Notes under the pieces: generated by a model
What the model saw: only the letters and a program-made list of their open reading frames with translations
Databases searched by the model: none
Told to the model about the DNA's origin: nothing
Part shown: positions 54,247 to 63,825 of the stretch, piece after piece
How the letters are laid out: every line of letters begins with the position of its first letter
How positions within the stretch are numbered: the stretch's first letter is position 1
Translations under genes and position numbers: made by a program
Source: an archaeon
Lineage (GTDB): Archaea; Nanobdellota; Nanobdellia; SCGC-AAA011-G17; VGLX01
Assembly: GCA_043810595.1 (NCBI GenBank)
Contig: JBDRNX010000032.1
Coordinates: forward strand, 38,219-102,218
DNA length: 64,000 nucleotides
Direction of reading: 5' to 3'

Positions 54247-55962
54247 TTATCTGTGGTGTTCGTTCTTTGGGTGCTCGTGACCCATCTGTTTTCTTTTCTT
54301 GATGTATTCTCTGTGTTTTTTTCCTTCGTCTACAAATCTGTCAAAGCTGAATCCGTATTCGTCTATCATGCTTGATGCGTATTGCCCTCCGAGGAAGTGT
54401 GGCATCAAGACGTAGGTTGCACCTTTTTTGTACAGCATGCTTGCCTCATCAAGTTGGTGTGAAATAACCATTATTATTGCTCTTTTGTTTGTATGTCTTA
54501 TTTCGCCTATAAGCAGCATGTTGGTTTCGAAGTTCGGTATGGTTGAGACCGCTATTTTTATGTTCTTTAGGTTTAGTCCGTTGAGGAATTCGGAGTCGTC
54601 AACGTCTCCGTATTCACAGCGTAGACCTTTTTTTGACAGGTCTTCTATGGTTCTTGGGTTGTAGTCTACCACCAGAACTTTTTTGCCCATCTTTTTGAAA
54701 ACCTCTAAGAAGTCATACCCTATCCTGTTGTATCCGAATAATATAGCATCATATATTTCAGGTTTGTAATGTTTGTCTTTTTTTGCACCCTTCTTTTCGA
54801 ATATGGAGAGGTATTTAGAGAGGTGCGGGTAGATCTTGTCTGAGTAAAGTATGAGGTATGTTGAGCCTGCTATCGTTATTAAGCCGACGATGGTTACGAG
54901 TGCTAGTATTTCACTTGAGAGGTGTCCGACTCTTATGCCCAGCAGGATTAGGATTAGGGAGAACTCGCTTATCTGTGCTACTGTGAGGCCTGCTAGGAAG
55001 CCGTTTCTTTTGCTGTATCCCATCAAGCCCATGAGTATCATGACTATCAGCGGGTTTCCTATTAGTATAAACAACGAGAAGATTATTGCTGGTATAAAGT
55101 ATCTGCTTATGTCCGCTATTACCATTTGTGATCCTAGGAAGATGAAGAATAAGATGATGAAGAAATCTCTAAGGGGTTTCATCTTTGAGCTGATTTCGTA
55201 GTTGTACGGTGATAATGAGAGAGTTACTCCTGCGATTAGCGCACCTATTTCTATCGAGAAGTTTAAGTAGTTGAAGAGGGCGGCCAAACCAAGGCCCCAC
55301 CCGATAGAGAAGAGGAATAAAAACTCTTGTGAGGACGCAAAGAACCTGCACAGTTTTGGTAGTACATAAATGCTTATTAAAATAAGCAGTCCTACGAGGA
55401 TAACTCCTTTTATTAGGGTGATTAAAGCTACACTCACTATGTTGAGACCGTTTGAAAATGAGGATATGATCACTAAGATGAGTACTGCTATTATGTCCTG
55501 TACCAGCAAGAATCCTATGGATATTTTTCCGTAGAGCGTTTCAAGGTCTTTCTTGTCTGAGAGCAGCTTCATAATTATTATTGTGCTGCTGAATGTTAGT
55601 GCAATGGAGATGTATAAAGAGGCAGTGACGGAAAAACCTAGCATCCTGCTTATGAAAAAACCTATTATTGAGGTGAAAACTACCTGCCCCACCCCTGTAA
55701 TTAGTGAAACCTTACCAACTTCTTTTATTACCTTCGGGCTTAGGTTCAGACCAACAATAAAGAGAAGGAGCGCCACCCCTATAGTGGAGAACGTGGCGAT
55801 GGTATCAACAGACTGTACTATGTTTAGGAGGTATGGACCTACGAGTAAACCAGTTAGTATGTAACCTATTATTAGGGGTTGCTTAAGTAATCTTACTACG
55901 GCTACTATCACCGCAGTTATTGCGATTATGACTGCCAACTCTACAAATACTTCTATAGCCAC
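54247..55962 (-). CDS. CPA2-family cation:proton antiporter with C-terminal TrkA-N (RCK) domain
   Basis: Kef-type N-terminus (IIGYILTGLLVGPYLLN). C-terminal Rossmann motif VLVVDYNPRTIEDLSKKGL. Confidence 0.7.
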   Translation of the reverse strand: MAIEVFVELAVIIAITAVIVAVVRLLKQPLIIGYILTGLLVGPYLLNIVQSVDTIATFSTIGVALLLFIVGLNLSPKVIKEVGKVSLITGVGQVVFTSIIGFFISRMLGFSVTASLYISIALTFSSTIIIMKLLSDKKDLETLYGKISIGFLLVQDIIAVLILVIISSFSNGLNIVSVALITLIKGVILVGLLILISIYVLPKLCRFFASSQEFLFLFSIGWGLGLAALFNYLNFSIEIGALIAGVTLSLSPYNYEISSKMKPLRDFFIILFFIFLGSQMVIADISRYFIPAIIFSLFILIGNPLIVMILMGLMGYSKRNGFLAGLTVAQISEFSLILILLGIRVGHLSSEILALVTIVGLITIAGSTYLILYSDKIYPHLSKYLSIFEKKGAKKDKHYKPEIYDAILFGYNRIGYDFLEVFKKMGKKVLVVDYNPRTIEDLSKKGLRCEYGDVDDSEFLNGLNLKNIKIAVSTIPNFETNMLLIGEIRHTNKRAIIMVISHQLDEASMLYKKGATYVLMPHFLGGQYASSMIDEYGFSFDRFVDEGKKHREYIKKRKQMGHEHPKNEHHR

Positions 55963-56062
55963 TTGTCCACCTCTTTTCTTTTTTATAAAGTTAGACTCTA
56001 TCTTTATAAATTTATTCTCGATTACAATAAATCTTTAATATATCAACTTTTTAGCATTTTTT

Positions 56063-56608
56063 ATGTTATCTCAAATAGAAGCAAGGTCTGGTGATGTTGG
56101 GGTTAGTTTTGCGGTTCCTGATCTTGAGGAAATTCTTAGGAAGGCTCCTAAGGAAGTGGTTTATGAGCCTAACAATAATGGCTTTAAGCTTGTTAACGAG
56201 GTTGTAAGGATTGGCTATACAGATATTTTTTTCGGTGGCAGTGATGGTGTGGAGTTGGATTTCCTAAAAACCTACCCTGAGATAAGGCTTGATGCCCATC
56301 ACGTCGGTGGTTACCCTTGTGTTGACATGGAAAGGTTGCCCTCTAGTTTGGTTTGTGAGATGATTAGAGCCCAAACGTCGGATAAGGATAGGGTGGAGGT
56401 GTACAGCCGTCCCAGCCATTGGGCTTCTGACCTGTTGATAGGTTCTCCTGAATGGTTTGACAGGGCTTCTGGCATTATGAGGCAGGCTGCTGTTAAATAT
56501 GATCTTAAGCATTGGTACCATGTTTATAGGGGTAAGGAAGGTATGGTTGAGTCTCCAATCCCGAGGCCAAGCCTTTCATCCCGCATTAGGCGTTTGCTGC
56601 CTTCTTAG
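56063..56608 (+). CDS. Hypothetical protein
   Basis: ORF. No family recognised. Confidence 0.35.
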   Translation: MLSQIEARSGDVGVSFAVPDLEEILRKAPKEVVYEPNNNGFKLVNEVVRIGYTDIFFGGSDGVELDFLKTYPEIRLDAHHVGGYPCVDMERLPSSLVCEMIRAQTSDKDRVEVYSRPSHWASDLLIGSPEWFDRASGIMRQAAVKYDLKHWYHVYRGKEGMVESPIPRPSLSSRIRRLLPS

Positions 56609-56763
56609 GCTTTTTACCTCGTTCTTTACGTTTGGCAAATTAGGGTAAAACGAAAGCTTTATATAGTGGAGAGGGGGTATAATTTTAAAAAGTTTATTAT
56701 TACCCTTTCAAAGTAATAAGAAACTTTTATAAAAGCCTCTTTCGCGCAAAGGAGTCCTGAAAA

Positions 56764-57678
56764 ATGCCAACGTATATCAAAAAATGCCCCGAATGTGGGG
56801 GAATAAACTTAATTCTTAACAAGGATAAGGGAGAAGTAATCTGTAAAGATTGTGGTCTAGTTATTGAGGAGAAGATGATTGATTTCGGCCAGGAGTGGCG
56901 TGAGTTTGACCACGACCAGGCTGATAAGCGTCGTAGAACAGGTGCTCCGATGACTTATACCAAGTATGACAAGGGATTGGGTACTGACATAGGTCAGAAA
57001 GGCGATGTTTACAAGCTTTCTGGCAAGGAGCGTAATAAGTTTTTCAGGTTGAGGAAGTGGCAGTACCGGATTTCAACTGCCATAGAGAGGAACTTGAAGC
57101 TTGCGCTTGCTGAATTGAAAAGAGTTTCTTCATATTTGAAGCTTCCCAAGTCTGTCGAGGAGGAATCAGCTAGGATTTACACAATGGCTGTTCAGCGTGG
57201 CCTTGTAAGGGGTCGTTCGATGGAGTCAGTGGTTGCGGGTGCTGTTTATGCTGCCTGCAGGCGTCATGAAGTGCCTAGAACGCTTGACGAGCTTTCAGAA
57301 GCTTCTGGCATTGACAAGAAGGAGATAGGAAGGACTTACAGGTTTGTTACTAGAGAGCTTGGTATCAGGATTTTGCCGAGCAACCCTGTGGATTACCTGC
57401 CAAGGTTCGCTTCAGCTTTGAAACTTTCTGCTGAGACTCAAAGTAAGGCTGTTGAGATTCTCGAGCAGGCTCAGAGGTCTGAGCTTACCTCAGGAAGGGG
57501 TCCGACTGGTATTGCTGCAGCTTCACTTTACGTTGCTGCCTTGATCAACAACGAGAAGAGAACGCAAAGGGAAGTTGCTGACATAGCAGGGGTTACAGAG
57601 GTTACGATTAGGAACAGGTACAAGGAGTTGCTTAAGAAGCTTAAGCTTAAGGATAAGATCAAGGTCAAGAAAGAATAA
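56764..57678 (+). CDS. tfb: Transcription initiation factor IIB (TFB)
   Basis: N-terminal Zn ribbon (CPECGGINLILNKDKGEVICKDCG), B-finger and two cyclin repeats. Confidence 0.9.
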   Translation: MPTYIKKCPECGGINLILNKDKGEVICKDCGLVIEEKMIDFGQEWREFDHDQADKRRRTGAPMTYTKYDKGLGTDIGQKGDVYKLSGKERNKFFRLRKWQYRISTAIERNLKLALAELKRVSSYLKLPKSVEEESARIYTMAVQRGLVRGRSMESVVAGAVYAACRRHEVPRTLDELSEASGIDKKEIGRTYRFVTRELGIRILPSNPVDYLPRFASALKLSAETQSKAVEILEQAQRSELTSGRGPTGIAAASLYVAALINNEKRTQREVADIAGVTEVTIRNRYKELLKKLKLKDKIKVKKE

Positions 57679-57702
57679 AAGGGGTTCTTTGAAGGTGTTT
57701 GA

Positions 57703-58005
57703 ATGGCGAAAGATAACGATAAGAATGTGGAACCCTCTAAGGATGTATTACTTGCATACATAAAGGGTGAGGATTGTCATTTCTTCCTGGAGTTTGTTGA
57801 GGGTATAGGTGTGCTGAGGGTTGAGAACGAGAGAGGTGACACGATTGGAAGGCTTGTTCTCGGTAACAAGAGGTCCATAGATTTGCTGGAGCAGCGCCTG
57901 GTTTTTCTTAAGAAGCTTATCTTCAAATCCAGTCATGTTTCTTCTGATGATGTTGTAGAGGATTTGCTTTCTGAGCAGGATTTTGTTGGGAGGTTGATTG
58001 AATGA
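57703..58005 (+). CDS. Hypothetical protein
   Basis: ORF. ATGA overlap with the next gene. Confidence 0.35.
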   Translation: MAKDNDKNVEPSKDVLLAYIKGEDCHFFLEFVEGIGVLRVENERGDTIGRLVLGNKRSIDLLEQRLVFLKKLIFKSSHVSSDDVVEDLLSEQDFVGRLIE

Positions 58006-58334
58006 GTCTTGCGGAAAACGTTCAGGTTTGGTTCAAGAAGAATGCAGCTTCACTTGCCTTGAAGATTCAGGGTTATGAAGTTAAGAGGTCCAATTGTACT
58101 GTTCATGTTTTTGATAGGAATTTTGAGGTTTGTCGTGTTCAGAGGAAAGAGTATGTCATTGTTAATGATATGCCTTTGGACGATAAGTTTTCTTTGGGTG
58201 CTTACCTGTTTTCAGAGGACAATTATCCCAAGATGGAGCGTGTTTTCAAAGTTTTGAGGATTCCGGTGAACCGTCCGGACTATTTCACGGACTCCGAGGG
58301 TAACCTTCGCATAATTTCTAACGTCTCTCATTAG
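58002..58334 (+). CDS. Hypothetical protein
   Basis: ORF translationally coupled to the preceding gene. Confidence 0.35.
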   Translation: MSLAENVQVWFKKNAASLALKIQGYEVKRSNCTVHVFDRNFEVCRVQRKEYVIVNDMPLDDKFSLGAYLFSEDNYPKMERVFKVLRIPVNRPDYFTDSEGNLRIISNVSH

Positions 58335-58368
58335 AAAGGTTTTTAACCCCTTTTTTCCATCGGTATTT

Positions 58369-59220
58369 TTGATGTATAGAGAGGTTTTTTGGAAATCTAT
58401 TAGGAATCTAAGGCTATCGTTGTTCATTCCAGACCTATATCTCCTTCTGGTAGAGATGGTACTCGCTTTTCTCTTTTTCAAGTTTACCGGCTTAGCTGCC
58501 CTACTCACCGATCCCGTTTTCGTTGCTGCCAGCATAGAGGACAAGATCCCCCTGTTAAGGCTTTTCATTTCCGAGAATACGCTTGGTTTGCTTATTTACT
58601 TCCTGATTTTCGTGCTAACATCTTTCATATTGGGTGCTAGTCTGAATTCTATGCGTTATGGCATGATAAGGGATGTTGTTTTTGGCGATAGGTATTCCTT
58701 CAAGCAGGTTATGAATTATGGAGTTAGGTTCTGGCCCATAGTCGTTGTTAGGTTGATAATTTTTGTTTTTGGTATAGTCACATTTCTTTTTGTTCTTGGT
58801 TGTTATTCTATCCTCGAAACTTATTACCCTATCCCTGTAACCTTGTTTATCGTTACCTTTCTTGTTGTGGCGGCAATTCTATTCCTCAAGTTTTTGTTTC
58901 TTTTTACGTACGCGATAATGTTTCTTGACCATAAGGGTGCTTTGGCTTCTGTTATCAATTCTTTTGCTTACTTCTTGCGTAACAAGTGGTATGTCTTTAA
59001 GGTCTTCCTGCTGATTCTTGTTTTAAGCGCTGTTTTGCTCCCTTTCGAGTTGATATTTAACTATTATCAGAATGCTTTGGGTTTGTTGAGTTTTTACACG
59101 ATACTTTTCTTTGTGGTCAGGGGTGCTGCGTCTGCTTTTTACAACGTATGGTCAGAAGTCCTTATATTCTATTCTTATGCTGCTAGACTGTTATTTCCAT
59201 CAGGTCCTTCGCAGCTGTAG
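58369..59220 (+). CDS. Polytopic membrane protein
   Basis: Six or more TM helices. Confidence 0.4.
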   Translation: MMYREVFWKSIRNLRLSLFIPDLYLLLVEMVLAFLFFKFTGLAALLTDPVFVAASIEDKIPLLRLFISENTLGLLIYFLIFVLTSFILGASLNSMRYGMIRDVVFGDRYSFKQVMNYGVRFWPIVVVRLIIFVFGIVTFLFVLGCYSILETYYPIPVTLFIVTFLVVAAILFLKFLFLFTYAIMFLDHKGALASVINSFAYFLRNKWYVFKVFLLILVLSAVLLPFELIFNYYQNALGLLSFYTILFFVVRGAASAFYNVWSEVLIFYSYAARLLFPSGPSQL

Positions 59221-60073
59221 TTTCTTTGAATACTTCTTTCGCTTCTTTTTCCAGCTTCTTCGAGTCTTTGTATCTCTGGCTGAAGTGCGTTATCACTAAC
59301 CTTTTTGCTTCTGCTTCTTTTGCCAGCTCTGCCGCTTGCTTGGTTGTGAGGTGCTTGTACTCTTCTGTTTTCTCTCTGAGTTCGTCGAGGAGCGTTGCTT
59401 CGCACACCAGCAGGTCTGAGTTTCTTGCTAGCTCAACTGCATCTTTCGTGTATGCTGTGTCGAGTATGAATGTTACCTTTTTTCCCTTTCTTACTGTTGT
59501 GGCGTCCTCAACCCTTATCCTCTGACCTTTCCATGTTATGCTTTTTCCTTCCTGGAGCTCTCTGAGTATGGGGTGCCTTGTCAGTCCGAATTTTTTTGTG
59601 TAGTTTACGTTCACGTTTCTCTTTTCTCCTTCTATGAAGCTATAACCAAAACACGGGGAGGAGTGTTTGAGCATTTTTGCTTCTAGCGAGAAGTCTTTGT
59701 TTTTGAAGAACACTCCCTCGTTTATCTCGTTGATTCTCATCTTTATCCTGAATTCGTTGATGAATCCTTTGAACATGTTTGTTATGAATTCCCTGCTCCC
59801 TCTAGGCCCATAGATGTCTAATACCTTGCTGTATTCGTTGGCTCCTAGTGTTTGTATCAGTCCCGGAAGCCCTAAGACATGGTCTCCGTGCCAGTGTGTT
59901 ATCAAAATTTTTGTTATTTTTGTGGGTGATATCTTTGCCACTCTTAGCTGTCTCTGTGTTCCCTCGCCGCAGTCTATCAGTATATTCTCGTTCTGGTAGT
60001 TAAGTAAGATTGCCGTGTGGTTCCTAGTTGGTGTGGGTACCATCGAACCGGTTCCAAGGAATGTTATTTTCAT
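59183..60073 (-). CDS. rnz: Ribonuclease Z (tRNA 3' endonuclease)
   Basis: Metallo-beta-lactamase motif ILITHWHGDHVLGLPGL. ~296 aa. Confidence 0.8.
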   Translation of the reverse strand: MKITFLGTGSMVPTPTRNHTAILLNYQNENILIDCGEGTQRQLRVAKISPTKITKILITHWHGDHVLGLPGLIQTLGANEYSKVLDIYGPRGSREFITNMFKGFINEFRIKMRINEINEGVFFKNKDFSLEAKMLKHSSPCFGYSFIEGEKRNVNVNYTKKFGLTRHPILRELQEGKSITWKGQRIRVEDATTVRKGKKVTFILDTAYTKDAVELARNSDLLVCEATLLDELREKTEEYKHLTTKQAAELAKEAEAKRLVITHFSQRYKDSKKLEKEAKEVFKETTAAKDLMEITV

Positions 60074-60125
60074 GAAAATTAGTCAAGGGAAAAGCTTTTT
60101 AAATAATTTGCTATTCTATCTTGTC

Positions 60126-60659
60126 ATGGTTAAGGAGGCCAAGGTTAAGATTGAGCTTGGCAGGGAGCATCTAGTTGTTGATGAGACTCCTGACGTACGT
60201 GCTTTGTATGACCAAAGCAGGTTCGGTGAGCTGAAGGAGGATAAGATCCACTTCTCCCTTGTCGAGGGCTTGTATCTTTTGGAAAAGGGTAAGATTGAGG
60301 TAAAAACGCCTAGTGGCAAGAATGTTGATTTTGATGGTTATGTGAAGAAGGCCCGCAAGGTTGAGCCTAATTTCTGGGTTCGTTACTGCGTGTTTAGGGA
60401 TTTGAGGCAGCGTGGTTACATAATTAAGACCGCTCTTAAGTTCGGTGCTGATTTCCGTGTTTATGACCGGGGTGTTAAGCCCGGCGAGGACCATGCTAGA
60501 TGGATTGTTTATCCCGTTTATGAGGGTGAGACACTAACGTGGTATGAGTGGGCTGCTAAGAATAGGGTTGCCCATTCTACTAAGAAGAGACTTCTTTTGG
60601 CTGTTGTGGATGATGAGGGTGAAGTTAGCTATTGGGAGTCTAAGTGGGTTAGGCCTTGA
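60126..60659 (+). CDS. endA: tRNA-splicing endonuclease EndA
   Basis: Catalytic C-terminal domain with KFGADFRVY...H...K pattern. N-terminal EndA-like fold (EVKTPSGKNVDFDGY). Internal ATG at 60126 chosen as start. Confidence 0.65.
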   Translation: MVKEAKVKIELGREHLVVDETPDVRALYDQSRFGELKEDKIHFSLVEGLYLLEKGKIEVKTPSGKNVDFDGYVKKARKVEPNFWVRYCVFRDLRQRGYIIKTALKFGADFRVYDRGVKPGEDHARWIVYPVYEGETLTWYEWAAKNRVAHSTKKRLLLAVVDDEGEVSYWESKWVRP

Positions 60660-60716
60660 ATTGTTATCAACTGGATTACATAAAAACTTTTAAACTTTCA
60701 TCTCTTGGTTCTTTTT

Positions 60717-61655
60717 ATGGCTGAGAGTGCTTTGAAATTGGGGAATGATGTTCTTAATTTTGTCCGTACTAAGGGACCTGTCCTGCCTGTTCACGTGGGT
60801 GAGCGTTTTGGTTTCAATACAATAATCTCTTCTGCTGTTCTCTCTGACCTTGTTTCTAAGGGGGTTATCAGATTTTCTAACGCCAAGATAGGTGGCAGCC
60901 CTGTTTATTTTGTTTCGGGGCAGGAGGCCAAGCTTCAGATGCTTTACAAGTACCTTGGTGAGAAGCCGAGGAAGATTTTTGACATGTTGCGTGATTCTGG
61001 TGTTCTTCGCGATAAGGTTCTTGAGCCTTGGCAGCGCGTTGCTGTTCGTGAGATTAAGGATTTTTCTGTCATGCTTCGAGTTAATTATGCTGGCAATGAG
61101 GAGATTTTCTGGAAGTGGTATATTCTTTCTGATGATGATGCTAAGAAGCTTATTGCTGATATAATTAAGAGCGAGTTGAAGCCTGTTGTTGAGGAGAAGG
61201 TTGAGGAAAAGGTTCCTGAGCCTGTTAAGGAAGTTCAGAAAATTGTTGAGCTGGAGCCTGAGCCTGTGAGTGAAATTCCTAGGTTTGAGGAGAGAAAAGT
61301 TGAGAAGCCCAAGAAGGTTAAGAGGCACAAGTCGAACATCGATTTTTATGAGATGGTTAAGAAGTATTTTGCTGACAGCAAGATTAGTATCTTGGAAGAG
61401 AACATCATCAGGAGGAATACGGAGTTTAATTTTGTTGTTAACGTTCCTTCTTCAGTGGGCCCTTTGAGGTTTTTTGTGGTTGCTAAGAATAAGAAGACGA
61501 TAAATGATGCTGATTTGTCTGTTGCCTACAGCCAGAGTCAGCTTAAGAAGCTTCCTGTTCTTTTTTTGAGTAGCGGTGAGATTTCCAAGAGGGCATCTTC
61601 TTATCTGGATGCGAACCTTAAGGGCTACCTGTCTTTTAAGAAGATAGGTCTTTGA
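60717..61655 (+). CDS. Winged-helix protein with acidic/Lys-rich linker and C-terminal PD-(D/E)XK-like region
   Basis: N-terminus resembles wHTH (VLNFVRTKGPVLPVHVGERFGFNTIISSAVLSDLVSKGVIR). Function unknown. Confidence 0.3.
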   Translation: MAESALKLGNDVLNFVRTKGPVLPVHVGERFGFNTIISSAVLSDLVSKGVIRFSNAKIGGSPVYFVSGQEAKLQMLYKYLGEKPRKIFDMLRDSGVLRDKVLEPWQRVAVREIKDFSVMLRVNYAGNEEIFWKWYILSDDDAKKLIADIIKSELKPVVEEKVEEKVPEPVKEVQKIVELEPEPVSEIPRFEERKVEKPKKVKRHKSNIDFYEMVKKYFADSKISILEENIIRRNTEFNFVVNVPSSVGPLRFFVVAKNKKTINDADLSVAYSQSQLKKLPVLFLSSGEISKRASSYLDANLKGYLSFKKIGL

Positions 61656-62613
61656 ATCTTTCCGAGTATTTTTTTGCTATGTTCTTGTCCTCTATTATCA
61701 TTATGTTTTCGTCGTTTCTCTTGTCCGCGTTCTCGGTTGGGTTGTAAGATCCTGTTATGACTATGCTTTCATCGATTACAAAAACCTTGTCATGAAGTTT
61801 GTATTTTTTCTCGTACCACTTTACATCTACTCCCCCCTCCTTCAGTTCTTCGTACTGGTCGTACTGGCTTTTCTGCGTTTCTTCTATCATACCCTGCACT
61901 TTCTTTCCCTCTTTGTGTTTCTTTATCAGCACTTCAGCAACTTCCTTGTCTGTGAAGCTGAATGTGAAGAAGGTTATGCTTTCGTTTGCTGCTTGAAGTT
62001 TTTCTATTACTCTCTTGCTGCACTCATCTTCCGGGCAGAAGTAGTTCTCGACTCTCTTGTTGTTTAGGTATATTACCGGGTTTTTCACCCTTTCTCCTTT
62101 TCCGAATTGCTTGTTCCACAGTTCGTTGAATTCCTGCTCGTAGTTTTCTGCTATGTAGTTTGATTTTATTATCAGTATGTTGTTGGTGTTGTTTGCTTCG
62201 CTTTTTGTCGGGTTGTAAGATCCGGTGATTACCTCCTTTCCGTCGATTATGCAGAACTTGTTGTGCATCAGCTGGTTTGTGTTGTAGTTCTTTACTGTTT
62301 TTATTCCTGGTATGGGTCTTATGTTGGCCCTGTCGGTTACAAATTCTACCTCTTCCTTTTTTTCTTTTAGTATGTTTGTTATTTCTTCTTCGTTTAGGTT
62401 GTATACCGCGCAGTGTATTGATTGCTCTGCTTTGCTTAGTTCGTTTGAAATCTTTCCTGTGCAGTCGTCTTCGGGGCAGAAGTACACGTCCATGCTTCCT
62501 TTCTCGTATACTGCTTTGCCTGTGTATTTTATATCGCTGTACTGCACTAGTATTATTATCAGTCCGGTTAGTCCGACCAATAGCGCTGCTTTGAGTAAGT
62601 TTTTTACTTTCAT
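61636..62613 (-). CDS. Phospholipase D-family protein (two HKD motifs) with N-terminal signal anchor
   Basis: HNKFCIIDGKEVITGSYNPT and HDKVFVIDESIVITGSYNPT. Confidence 0.7.
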   Translation of the reverse strand: MKVKNLLKAALLVGLTGLIIILVQYSDIKYTGKAVYEKGSMDVYFCPEDDCTGKISNELSKAEQSIHCAVYNLNEEEITNILKEKKEEVEFVTDRANIRPIPGIKTVKNYNTNQLMHNKFCIIDGKEVITGSYNPTKSEANNTNNILIIKSNYIAENYEQEFNELWNKQFGKGERVKNPVIYLNNKRVENYFCPEDECSKRVIEKLQAANESITFFTFSFTDKEVAEVLIKKHKEGKKVQGMIEETQKSQYDQYEELKEGGVDVKWYEKKYKLHDKVFVIDESIVITGSYNPTENADKRNDENIMIIEDKNIAKKYSERFKDLSS

Positions 62614-62709
62614 GCTCTCTTTTTTTACTCCCCTTTTTATTAACGCTCTTGTCCTTTCTCCATAAATCTTCCGATACCTTTTAAAACTTATTTCTTTATG
62701 TTTTTAGTT

Positions 62710-63789
62710 ATGGAATACATGTTTATTTTAGGCCGAGATTCTGAACTCTCTCTTTTGGAGTTGGTTTCTTATTTCAAGAATAATAACATCGGCTATCATT
62801 TTGTTAAGCGTTTCGGTGAGGCTGCTGTTTTTTCTCTTCCCGAGCTTGATTTCAAGAAGTTGGTTATGCAGCTTGGCGGCACTGTGAAGATTGGTGTTGT
62901 TTTGGATGTTGATGATTTGTATTTTGAGAGCAACAGGATCAGGTATGCAGTAAGCGCTTACGGCAAACAGGATGTTTCTCATCTTAAGAAGGAGATTAAG
63001 GAATGTTTTAAGCATCAGCACGTTCGGGCTTTTATGAAGAAGCCTAAGCAGGGTACTACCTTGATGCCTTCTGATGTTTTGAGGCACGATTTGATTGATA
63101 ATGGTTATGAGTTTTTGCTTGCTGGTGATTTTGTTGCTCGCACGATTGCTGTTTTCAATCCCTCTGAGCATGAAACTCGTGATGAGAAGCGTCCTGAAAA
63201 TGATTACCTGAGGACTATTTCCATTAGGCTTGCCAAAATTTTGATTAACCTGAGTCAGTCTAAGCATACTTTGCTCGATCCTTTCTGTGGGTATGGTACG
63301 ATCTTGCAGGAAGCTCTTCTAATGAACATTGATGTTTTTGGTATTGATTCTGATTCAAAAGCTGTTGCTGCTTGCAAGAAGAATCTCATCTGGTTGCAGA
63401 ATAATTACAAGTTCAACGCTAAGTGGCGTGTTTTCAATAACGATGCGAGGAATGCCAGCAAGATTATCACGAGTGTTGATTCTGTTGCAACGGAGCCTTA
63501 CTTGGGTCCTTATCTAAAAAAGCTTCCTACTAAAGATGATGCTCTTGCCATAGTTGGTGATTTAGAGCCACTTTATTCTGATATGTTGAAGGATTTGAGG
63601 AAGATTGTGAAAGGAAAGGTTGCTATCGTTGTCCCCAGGTTTAGGACTAGGGCTAATGATCTTATCCAGCTTCAGTTTGAGAAGATTGCTAAGGATTCTG
63701 GTTTCAGACCTGTTAATTTTTCTGAGGTTAAGCTTCCTGTTCTTTACTTGACTGGTAAGATTGAGCGTGAGATTTGGGTTTTGGAATAG
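62710..63789 (+). CDS. THUMP-associated class I SAM-dependent RNA methyltransferase (Trm-G10/Trm11-like)
   Basis: Motif I LDPFCGYGTILQEA. Length and domain order fit archaeal tRNA m2G methyltransferases. Confidence 0.5.
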   Translation: MEYMFILGRDSELSLLELVSYFKNNNIGYHFVKRFGEAAVFSLPELDFKKLVMQLGGTVKIGVVLDVDDLYFESNRIRYAVSAYGKQDVSHLKKEIKECFKHQHVRAFMKKPKQGTTLMPSDVLRHDLIDNGYEFLLAGDFVARTIAVFNPSEHETRDEKRPENDYLRTISIRLAKILINLSQSKHTLLDPFCGYGTILQEALLMNIDVFGIDSDSKAVAACKKNLIWLQNNYKFNAKWRVFNNDARNASKIITSVDSVATEPYLGPYLKKLPTKDDALAIVGDLEPLYSDMLKDLRKIVKGKVAIVVPRFRTRANDLIQLQFEKIAKDSGFRPVNFSEVKLPVLYLTGKIEREIWVLE

Positions 63790-63825
63790 AAATCCATAAA
63801 TATTTTGTTCTTTTACAAAAAGGCT

